Source of the DNA: Okamejei kenojei
Lineage: Eukaryota
Length of the DNA stretch: 64,000 nucleotides
Assembly (NCBI GenBank): GCA_035221665.1
Contig: CM069151.1
Location: 39,680,001-39,744,000, forward strand
Direction of reading: 5' to 3'
Each line of letters begins with the position of its first letter. The stretch's first letter is position 1. Under the pieces are notes generated by a model that worked only from the letters and a program-made list of their open reading frames with translations, was not told where the DNA came from and made no database searches. Position numbers and translations under genes: made by a program. Below, one piece after another: positions 11,195 through 21,549 of this stretch.

Positions 11195-14100
11195 GTGAGT
11201 GTTCATCTCAATGGGGAGATTGTGTACGTTTCTCATCCACTCGCTGGCTGCTTCTCACAAGTCATGAATCTGATCTTAGAGGCATTACGTTTCCTGTTTT
11301 ATTCATTGCCTAATTTAAGATTGAAGAGTAAACCCTTTGCTCAACAATATAACAAAGATTCTCACACAATTTTTCTTTCATTGCTTATTTGCCGATTGCG
11401 GTGACATTATTCTCCTGCTTTTACCTTAATTTCAATCCTAACATTCCTTTTTTCCCTTCATTTCATTTTGTAACTAAAGTAATATCTTGTAAAGTGTGAT
11501 ATAGCCAGTAGATGTGGAAACATGTCAGTGGATTGGATTTGTGACATGCTGGAAGCTATAGCGTACCACAGCCAGAGAGCAGTGCTGAACTACTATCTAC
11601 CTCGTTGGTGACCTTCAGACTTTCCTTGTTCGGACTTTGCTGGCTTTACCTTGCACTAAACGTTATTCCCTTGTACTGTACTATAATACACTGTAAATAA
11701 ACTGTACATTGTGTGGTTCAATTGTTATCATGTATTGTCTTTCTACTCACTGGATAGCATGCAACAAAAGGTTTTCACTGTACCTCAGTACCCACGCCAA
11801 TAAACTAAACTGAACTGAGTGATATTCGGTTGGAGGTAGATGACTCCAACTTTATCTGCAAGTTATCGCATGCGTTTTCATTTCCTCTATTTTCCCAGTT
11901 GAAGGTTCTTTCTCTCGATCCTATGGGATGTTGCATAGAGACATCTTGCTGCACTCCACTTTCCATGCTTCATCCAACTTCAATCTGAAGAATCTCATCA
12001 TCACATGGCAGCGGACAGACAGTCTCGCCGTGGTTTACAGTTTCTATTCTGGATCAGTCCATCCAGAGCATCACGACACAGCGTTCCTGGGCCGCACTCA
12101 AGTATTTCCTTTGGAATTCTCCAAAGGGAATGCGAGCCTGAAATTGGAAAGAATGTTGTTATCGGATGTGGGAAACTACACTTGCTTTGTAACTGTGGAC
12201 GATGGAATGCCACACATTGAGAACTTGGTGGAACTAAAATTAAATGGTGAGTGCATCGTGTGACAGATTGATCGATGATTTGTTGTGTAAATTTCACAGA
12301 GTTGTAAAGCACAGAAAGGGAATATTTTGGCCATCTCATGCCAATGCCATTCTCTGCCAATCCCATTTGTCTGCATTAGACCAGTATCATTCTCTGTCTT
12401 TCCCATCCAAGTACCTTTCCAAATGTCTTTCAAACATTATAATATTATCACCCTCTACTACCTCCTCCGGAAGCTCATCCCAGATATTATCATCCTGTGT
12501 GAAAACTTTCGCATCAGATCTCTTTTAAAAGTCTCCCCTCTCACCTTGAACTGGTCTTAGTCTCGACCCGCAATCTTATCTGTCCATTCCCCTCCGTGGA
12601 TGTCGAGTTTCTCCAACATTTTGTATTTTGATGCAGATTCCAGCATCAGTCACAACTTGCGTCTCCATTAAACCTGTGCCCTCTAGTTCTGGCACCCTGT
12701 GGAAAAAGATTCTGGCTATATCCCGTTGATATCCTATTTAAACTGGTAGGGGCAAAGTACTCTGTCGTGTGACATTCCAGTGAGTGAAAATCCAGCCTTT
12801 CCAATTTCTCATTATAATTACATTCCACTATTCTGGGCTACATGCTGCTGAATATCTTGTGAATGCTTTTACAATAACACTTCCTGTAACGTGGCAACTA
12901 GAACTGCACTCAGTGTTCCAAATGCAGTGTAAGCAGTGTTTAGTACAGCTCCAACATGATGTTCCAACTCTTGCAGTCATGGCCCTGGCCTATGAAAGCA
13001 AAGGGACCATTCCAATTTATGTTTTGCCTTCTCTGGTGATAGGTTTGGAAGTGCAAGTGAATAAGTGCCACATCTGGGAAGACTGTATCCCTGGACAGTG
13101 GGAAGGGAAGAGATGAAAAGGCAGGTTTTGCAACTTCTGTGGTTGCATGAGAGAGTGTCCCAAGCTTGGGAGCGATTGATCAATACAGAAGACCGGACCA
13201 GGGAAATGCATATAATGTAAAACAGTGCAGCACAGGAGCAGGACATTCGGCCCGTAATGTCCACGCCAAACATGTCAGGTTAAAATAACTGCCCTCTGCC
13301 TGCACTCAGAGTGATTCCTTCAAAATGCTGAAAAGGGAGGAGAGGAAATCAGTCTGAAGAAGGGTCTCGACCCGAAACGTCACCCATTCCTTCTCTCCAG
13401 AGATGCTGCCTGTCCTGCTGAGTTACTCCAGCATTTTGCGTCTATCTTCGATTTAAACCAGCATCTGCAGTTCTTTCCTACGCAGAGGAAAATATATGTT
13501 TGGTGGTCAAGTCTTGTTGGAGCTGTTGGAATTTGCAAAGATGATCCATTGAACGGAGAGGCAACTGGGTAGAAGGACAGATCCAGGGAACTCTGTTGTG
13601 TAGGAAGGAACTGCAGATGCTGGTTTAAACCGAAGATAGACACAAAAAGCTGGAGCAACTCAGTGGGTCAGGCAGCATCTCTGGAGCAAAGGAATAGGTG
13701 ACGTTTCAGATCGAGATCGTTCTCTTCAGCCTGTAATGTCAGTTTGTCGCTCGCCAATCCCCTGAACTGATGATAGAGATCCAGAAGGAGAATGGGAGAG
13801 TCGGATGCTGGAAATTGGAAGCAAAAAGGTAGGTATTTGAGTTGTGCCTGAGTGCAGGAAGCAGCACTGATATAATCGTTGATGTACCAGAAGAACAGTT
13901 GAGGGATGTGCCAGAGTTGCCCCCAAAACAGTGACAGCTCCCTATATCCCACAAAAAGACAGGCATAGCTTAGCCCATGTGAACGCACATAGCAGCACTG
14001 TTGATCTGGGGATTATGGTCATAGTCATTTGTGACAGGTTTGTATCGTGTTAGCACTTGTTGCTTCTAAAAAGTTGTATTCAAAATAGAAGACTTATACT

Positions 14101-17100
14101 TGCAATAAAAGGGTCAATCAGATTTTATCAATCCTGTTCCAAAATGTTAATTATAAAATTAATGACATTATACTAAATCTTGATTTGAAAGCGTGTTTTA
14201 GCTCAATTCTTAATTGAACACTAACCATTTGCTCTTTTGTGCTCTGAACATCGTAGATACATCGGAGAATAATGCATCCGATGGCATCGACCCAGCTTCA
14301 GAAAGGCACAAGCTTGTACTGCTACTTGCAGTGCTGCATGTTTTAACTGCCTGCACAGTTGGAATTGTGTTTTGGAAAATGAAAAACAAGAAGAAACCTG
14401 ATATTGAAGAGAGTGAGTAATATGTTTAAGATTTTGGCCATAATCACACAAACTGAATACCTATTCGAGAATGTGCTCCGAACACTCCAATGGGAAAGGA
14501 TTTCTAGGCACTTTCAGCCACAGTGTATATGACATCCTTTGAGAGGAACATTAACAAATGGTTTATTCTATTTCTTTTTCCAGGTATTCATTTACTGGCA
14601 GAAAATATAAAAGGTAAAGAACCAACCTCCATTGAGATTTTCTTAAGTTATGCTCCAGCATGGAGTAGTTTCCGCCCACAATAGTAGAAGTGGTCTCCTT
14701 GTCCACTACTGGAATCTGCCTTGGAATCAATCTTCAGAAGGGTGTGAAATAATTGTTTTTAGAATGTGGTCGTTGAATGAATAAAAAAATTAAATAATAA
14801 TGAATGTTGAAAGAAAGAACATACAAAATATAAATAAAATCCAGACATGTTTGAGCAAAGTATCTTGACAAGAAATTAATTTTATTCTTTTCAGGAAGCC
14901 CACCCAGTCTCACAACTCATTCAGCAGCTGTTTGACTTTTCAAGCCACATCAGGCTAGAATGGCAGATATCTGAAATTATTGATGCTGATGGATTTTTAC
15001 GGCAGTCCTGTCACTTCCTCATCACCATTACTGAGATTGTTTGAATCTTCAATTCCGCAGCTGCTGTGGTGGGATTTGGGCTGATGTCACTTGATCAATG
15101 GTCCAAGCCTCTAGATGTTAATCACTATGCCAGCATACTCCACTGCTTGCCCTACTCCCTACACAGCCTCATAGTTAACCTTGACACTATTGTAAATGGT
15201 TCGATCAGTGCCCCTTGGCTTGGTGTAATCATACGGTGACCAACCTAGAGTCCCACCAATATGTCCTGAATGGTACCCTAGTGTTGGGTGCAAGGATAGT
15301 TCCTTGTTTCTCACTCCCAAATCATGGATCCATTCTACGATGGAGTTGCATGCTGGAGGCCATAATCTAGCCATTGAGTATTATCTGGCAGGAGGATCGT
15401 CATTCTGCATCATCCCCACACACCCAGGAATCCCAAGTTCACCTTCAAACTGCATCAGATTTTGTTATGTGAAATATTTTCATAATATGGATATTTTGAA
15501 CTATGTAACAAAGTGCCAACCAAAAGCTGGTGTAGATGACGAATGGAAAATCTGCAAGATTTTAATACTTGTGTCAGCAGGGCATAGTGACCAACAATTG
15601 GCAAATGGAATAGTATAGATGGTTACTTGATGATTGACATGGACAAGGTGGGCTGAAGGGGCTGTTTCTGTGCTGCATAACTCTGACAAATTAAACCTGA
15701 AACGATGTGGGAATTCGTAAAGGGGATCAGCAACTTGATGGATATCTGATGCTCACAGTTCTCACATTTTGTTAATCCATGATAATAAAATTCTTACTCG
15801 TTCTGAGAAATGTATCTTTTTCTTCAGATGCCATTCAGAACTATAAAGGGTACATCTTGAAAGATAAAATGCATTTATGTTCATTAACACAACGGCGATT
15901 CGCAAACAATTCGCTTGCCAGAACCATCAATGTTACCAACCCGAAGGAACAAGACCCAGACGGTGATCTTATCAGGAGTGATGACTCAAATATTGCACAA
16001 GAAGTACAAATTTCACAACTGCTGTCTTTGCTTCAGGAAGAAAACTTCTCAAAGCGAGTCCTGCTGGTAGGTGATGCAGGAGTAGGGAAAAGTTGGACTG
16101 TTGTCAGCATGGAACAAGAGTGGGCATCTCAACCAACCCACACCTTGAGGAGCGTCTTGGTTCTCAGATTCCGTGACTTGAATGAGGTTAAAGGAAAGAC
16201 ATCTCTCCGGGATCTGCTCAAGAAGCATTGCACACCTTTGTCATCAGTCCTAACAGAACTCCTCTCGAACCCTCAAGATGTGTTAATCATTTTGGACGGG
16301 CTTGATGAATTCGCCCATCAGTTGCAATGGAATCCATCAGGCTGTGATTTCAACCTGGATAGTGAGGCTGAAGTAGGTGTTCTTGTTTCCAAACTAATAT
16401 CCAAGGACCTCCTTCGAGAAGCCCAGGTGTTGGTTACCTCCCGGTGGAATACCAAGCAGATAGAATTTAACCAGAAGTACTTTGATCGGCTTTTTGTCAT
16501 CTCTGGCTTTACCAATGATCAGTTGAAAAGATATTGTGAGGTGTTTTGTGGAGAGAAGCAAAAGGCGGAAGAAATGTATCAACGCATTACAGAGAATGCG
16601 ACCATCAAATGTCTGGCTTCCAATCCCCTCAACAGCTTCATTCTGTGCAATATTTTGGACAAGTGTACCAGCTCTCAACAAGTGCCTGCAAATGAACCAG
16701 TGACAAATAGCAAAATCTTTACATTGCTGCTGTACAGTCGGTTTAACTGCAGCATGCGTAAAGAAACAGACGCTGAGAATACGAGTGAAGAGGAGAAGGA
16801 ATTGTTTAAAGACACCATCCTGAAACTGGGAGAACTATCCTTCAACTCTCTGCTATCTGGGAAACTTAAGATAGATGTGACTGATCTGAAGACCTATGAC
16901 ATAGACCCAGACAGCCTTTCAAAATATCTCTCAAATCTTGTGCTGGACTGTAAATGCCAAGGAGTCTTTGAGTTCCACCATGCAGTGCTGAAGGAACAAT
17001 TTGCAGCTTTGTATTGTGCTACTTTACTCAAAAATGAAGCTGAAGAGTTGGTCAAGTGTCTGGATCTGTGGTGCTTTGGGAAAAGACCACTAAATCAAAT

Positions 17101-20100
17101 GAGCCAATTTTATTTGCAATCTTTTCAACCTGATCACACGGAGAAACTGTACAATTTTCTGAGGTTTCTCACTGGCTTCTTAACCGCAGGAAGGGATGGC
17201 AAGTTGTGGAACTATACAACTCCTCTCCCCCCTTCTACAGCCAGAGCTCTCACAACATGGTTCAAAAACAGCCTTCAGCAAGACATTAAGAAGGCAGAAT
17301 TGCTGAATTTGATGCATTGTCTCTTTGAACTGAATGATGCCAGTGTAACGGCTGAAGTATCTCCTTGCATCCAACATGTGGATTTTCACAACGTTTCTCT
17401 GAGCCCACTCGATCTGCGTGCTTTGTGCTACTGTCTCAATCGTACCACCGTGGAGGAGATGGATTTGAGGCACTGTAGCATTGGTGATAAAGGAATAAAG
17501 CAGCTCCAAGAAATACTAGTCAAGTGCAGAACTCTTCTGTGAGTAATGACTTTCAAAAGAATATTAAGCCCCAGTTGCACTAATCTACCTTCTTGCATGC
17601 TCAATGTTTGTCGGCATGTTTTATACTTTCTTTTGTCACATTTTATGCCCTGCATGTCCTGATTTATTCTATCCCACCTAATATTTGTGCCTGAAAGTCG
17701 TAATGAAATATATGCATATGGAGATATTACTCTTCAAGACTAAAATGGAAACAATGTGTGCAATCATCTCCCTCACCTACATTGTTCTGTCATAACCCTA
17801 CCCTCCTCCAATGTTGCCGTGTAGAGCCACAGAGCTGTAATGAGTCACAGAGCTGCATTGTAATAACCACAAGGGCAGGGATTTAATTATTTGCATTCAT
17901 TCTAATTGTTGCTCTTATGAATACATTTGCATTGATTAGCAATGTTACAAAATTTTGAGATTTAAAAAATCCAGTCTGCAATTTATCCCATCAGATAAAG
18001 CATTCATATCATCACTTTCATATCTTCAGTATTAAAAAAGTTATGGCCATTTTCATACTCGGAAATTAGCATCTTGTTCCCTATTGTTTTTCTATTGACT
18101 CAACACCAAAGCTGTGATCGAGGACAGTCAAAAGCCCATAACTTTCTTAAAAATTAAGAGAACTGAAACATATCGGCAGGAAAAATACTGCCGGTTCGTA
18201 TGTGGCCTAAATCACCTTTTCGCAACGTAAAATTTGGATTAAGGTAATCCTGAGAAGCACGTTTACATGTAAAATAAACGGCTTACGTTTAGCTGTCCCG
18301 TACGTGAAATCCGTCCTGTTGTCGGCGTTGACGGCATTAGAAGAGGATTTTTATTTTACTCCAGCGCTGAAATTGTCCCGCGGTTTAAAAAAAATAATTC
18401 ACAGAACGGCAGTCGGAACAATTCTTCAGCATTAGCTAGCACCCCGAGAAAATATATCTCGGACAGGCAGGGGAAAATTGCATTTTAACCCCGCCCCCCC
18501 CCCCCCCCCCCCCCCAAAGGCGCCAAAGTCGCGCACACGGCCAGTGGCAGACCGCTGAAGGTAAGTTTTGAAACACACCTACATTGATCTCTATAAAAAG
18601 ACTTGAGGACGGTTTACTTTACCTGCATACACCTGTTGGGGGTTTGATCTTCCTGTAAATCTTGCCCCACCGCATTTACAACACAGCAGTGTCAATGGAC
18701 TGGTATTCATGTATCTAGAGGAACAGCATCTCCTATCTCACCTGGGTGGTCTACAACCTAATGGTATGAACATCGAATTCACGTAACCCCTCTGTCTATT
18801 TGTTGTCTCCTGATACACCTAGGTTGTCTCACATGCCCCTTCTTTTCAAACCTAGCCCCTCTTACTCTCAGTTTCTGTAATCACCCTACCTCATCCCAAA
18901 TGATTCCATCAGTATGATTCCAACACCCACTTGATTTCCCTATTCCCTCCACTGCTCCCCTTTTGCCTGCCATCCCATCCTAATGTGGTTCCACTCACCA
19001 TTATCCTTTCTTATCAGATTCCATAATCTACAGTTCTTTGTACCCATTATCACCTGCCACCTCCTCAGCTTCAGGTTCATCTCAGCACTCCTCATCTGGA
19101 TCCACCTATTACTTAAGGGCACAAAGTGCTGGGGCAACTCAGCGGGTCAGGCAGCATCTCTGGAGAACACGGATCGCTGACGTTTCAGGTCGGGACCCAC
19201 TACAGACTGATCATCAGTTTGAAGAAGAATCCTGACATGAAACATCATCTATGACGTTCTCCAGAGATGCTGCCTGACCTGCTGAGTTACTACAGTGTAC
19301 TATAGTCTTTTGTGTAAATCGGCATCTGCAGTTCCTTGTTTCTACCTATCATTTGCCAGATCCTGCCTCTCGATCTCCCACTCACTTCTGTCCTGGCCAT
19401 ATCCCCTTTATGCTCTCAATTCTCGACCGCAAACATCGATGTCTCTCTGCCTCCACCGATGCTGCTTGACCCGCTGAGTTCTTCCACCACTTTGTTTTTG
19501 CTCCAGATTCCAGCGTTTGCTGTCTCTTGTATATCCAAATATCCAAACATTCATCATTACAAAAAAAGGTTGAATTGATTTTGTGTATTTGAAACTGCTC
19601 AAGCAGAAGCACAGGATCTCAACGATGTAATTATCTGGTCATTTTAAGCCTCATTTGCACTATTGTTCATAAGTCATTGCCCAGACACACGTGTTAGACC
19701 AAGGTTGGGCACTCTGCTCTCCCGGCAGTGCCACAACTGTTTATTTTGCAGCTGCCTTTGCAGGCAGCAGTTTGTGAGGCTTGTGTTCTGTCCCCAGGCA
19801 CTCGGGTCTCTAATTGTTTTCAACATCTTGTGTTTCCAGGGTAAGCTCCAACAAACTGACTGCAAAGTCAGCAAAGAATTTGAGTGCCATCCTTGAAGAC
19901 CCAAAGTGCAGGATTGAGACATTATCGTGAGATTTTTCATCACATAAATACTCTTGTAAAATTCTCCAAGTTTCTATAAAGCTTCTAATCCCTGACATTT
20001 GCCATTTGGTTCCGTTTTCAGGAGTGGTACAAACTCTTTAGGTTCGGCGGGAGCTCAGATTCTTTGGAAAGCTCTGGCAAGAAACAGAAGTCTCAAAATC

Positions 20101-21549
20101 CTTCGCCTGTATGACAATGGGATCACAGGTGAAGGCACAGAGAACATGAATCAGTACCTGACATTCAACAAAACTCTCCAGAAGCTCTAGTAAGTAGCTG
20201 GTAGATGTGAGTGCATAAGCAGTTTATTTGATAAATGCTCACACGGATTGGTTTGTGTGCAATTGTGTTGGCGTTGGTGAGTTTGAGACATGTTATGTAA
20301 ATGTGAAAATGTGGAAACAAGGCATGGCGGATGCTAGTTTACCAGGGAAAGACACAAAAAGCTGGAGTAATGCAGCGGGTCAGGCAGCATTCCTGGAGAA
20401 CATGGATAGGTGACGTTTTGGGACAAGACCCTTTGGTCAGACTGGTTAGTCTGAAGAAGTGTACTGACCTGCAAGTTTGATGAATTTGATTAATCTGATT
20501 GATCAATTCAGACTGATTAAACTGAAGAAGGGTCCCAACTAGTAACGTCATCTATCCATGTTCTCCAGGGATGCTGACTGACCCACTGAGTCAGTCTTTT
20601 TTTTCTTCTTTCCCAGTCTCCATGGGACCTTCTAGCACACAAGGAACACTGCTGTTCCAGATATGTCCATGTGTTTTTGTTTCAATGTGAAGGAGTGGCA
20701 AGAAAGGAACAAGGATTGAGAGTGCATTCTAACTGTGCATTTCAAGACTGTGGCTGAATCACCATTAGCATTGCACTAAGATTAGCTGGCAAAGATTACG
20801 CTTTTCGGAAGGAACCAGGCACATCCTACATTGAGTAATAAAAAAAAGAAACGAGATGTAGGTTTGGAAATATTTTAGATGAGTAAATAGTTTAGAAGGT
20901 CAAAGAAAATTAGGATATAGGGGAACTTTTGTTCAAATTTTCAAATGGGGTAATAATATTTGAAGAAGCATTTGCACGGATACGAGAAAGAGTAGAAGGA
21001 GTGAGCAAGTACAAACCTGCCTAAAGGTCTGCACAGTCATGATGCTGAATGGCCACTTCCTCATTGTAGAAGCTGATGGTTATTAAGTTAACGTGAATGA
21101 GATGGTTGGAATTTAAAATTCTGATTCCTAATTTAAATACGATTGAAGCATTTGCTAATGATCATTGCCTTGTTGCTTTCAGTTTATGTGCAAACAAACT
21201 TGATGACCTTGAACAGAAAAACATTCAAGAAGTCGCAAAGCTGTGTCACGGGCTAAAGGTCATCACTAAAATCCGAGACGATGAAGAGCTCTTACTCCGA
21301 GTTGAAAGTCAGGTTCAAATGCTTCCCTCCCATGAGCAGAGTTACGGCACAAAGTGGCTGCACAAACTATTGAAATCCATTCTGAAAGACCTGGGAGATG
21401 AGAGTACCATACCTGATCTAGACACTCGGGTAAGGATAGGAAAGATAAAAGCAAATATTAACAAATATCTTCAGAAGAACAAAGTGACAATGATTGATGT
21501 TCCAGACAATGAGAATGGGTTCCTTACTCCTGCAAATAACATAATATAA
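11140..21549 (+). CDS. Multi-exon type I membrane IgV-TM-NACHT-LRR protein (~973 aa; 8 coding exons)
   Basis: Exons 11140-11194, 11899-12246, 14257-14412, 14584-14613, 15828-17538, 19840-19926, 20022-20189 and 21183-21549; all introns GT-AG; phases 1,1,1,1,2,2,2 join into one open frame of 2922 nt. Confidence 0.8.
11899..12246 (+). CDS. Ig-NLR exon 2: B7/butyrophilin-family IgV domain
   Basis: Acceptor TTTCCCAG; IITWQR (C-strand Trp), GRTQVF, GNASLKL and DVGNYTCFV motifs; 348 nt, phase 1-1; donor G|GTGAGT. Confidence 0.93.
13350..13730. repeat. Inverted pair of Penelope-derived short terminal repeats (family recurs many times across the window)
   Basis: CTGAAGAAGGGTCTCGACCCGAAACGTCACC...GATGCTGCC...GAGTTACTCCAGCA in opposite orientations; similar pairs at ~19120-19340, 36440-36650 and 53990-54190. 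Confidence 0.75.
14257..14412 (+). CDS. Ig-NLR exon 3: stalk, transmembrane helix and basic stop-transfer sequence
   Basis: DTSENNASDGIDPASERHK-LVLLLAVLHVLTACTVGIVFW-KMKNKKK; 156 nt, phase 1-1; donor A|GTGAGT. Confidence 0.88.
14584..14613 (+). CDS. Ig-NLR exon 4: 30-nt juxtamembrane micro-exon (SIHLLAENIK)
   Basis: Strong acceptor TTTCTTTTTCCAG, donor AAG|GTAAAG, phase 1-1, open frame. Confidence 0.72.
14895..14935 (+). CDS. Candidate alternative terminal exon (GSPPSLTTHSAAV*) giving a short IgV-TM isoform
   Basis: Strong acceptor TTTTATTCTTTTCAG; read in phase 1 it stops after 13 codons. Confidence 0.35.
15828..17538 (+). CDS. Ig-NLR exon 5: NACHT NTPase, HD1, winged helix, HD2 and first LRRs
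   Basis: Walker A GDAGVGKS, Walker B VLIILDGLDEF, sensor-1 VLVTSR, SNPL, winged-helix FEFHHAVLKEQFAALY, LLNLMHCLFEL, LSPLDLRAL; acceptor TTTTTCTTCAG in phase 1; donor CT|GTGAGT. Confidence 0.95.
17938..18581. mobile_element. Probable non-autonomous DNA transposon in the NLR intron
   Basis: Imperfect terminal inverted match AGCAATGTTACAAAA / TTTTGAAACACACCT and a CpG-rich interior unlike the flanking intron; family not assigned. Confidence 0.4.
19840..19926 (+). CDS. Ig-NLR exon 6: LRR (VSSNKLTAKSAKNLSAILEDPKCRIETL)
   Basis: 87-nt phase 2-2 exon typical of RI-like NLR LRRs; acceptor TTTCCAG, donor TC|GTGAGA. Confidence 0.88.
20022..20189 (+). CDS. Ig-NLR exon 7: two LRRs (NSLGSAGAQILWKALARNRSLKILRLYDNGITGEG...)
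   Basis: 168 nt (2 x 84), phase 2-2; donor TA|GTAAGT. Confidence 0.92.
21183..21549 (+). CDS. Ig-NLR exon 8: last LRR, NLRX1-like C-terminal helical bundle and stop
   Basis: Acceptor TTGCTTTCAG in phase 2; YLCANKL LRR followed by KWLHKLLKSILKDLGD...IGKIKANINKYL; TAA at 21547-21549. Confidence 0.85.

Noticed and set aside
15779-15827. ORF-track start MIIKFLLVLRNVSFSS of the 587-aa ORF as a true N-terminus
   Set aside because: It overlaps the polypyrimidine tract and AG acceptor at 15827, so it is better explained as intron read-through; it cannot be fully excluded without transcripts
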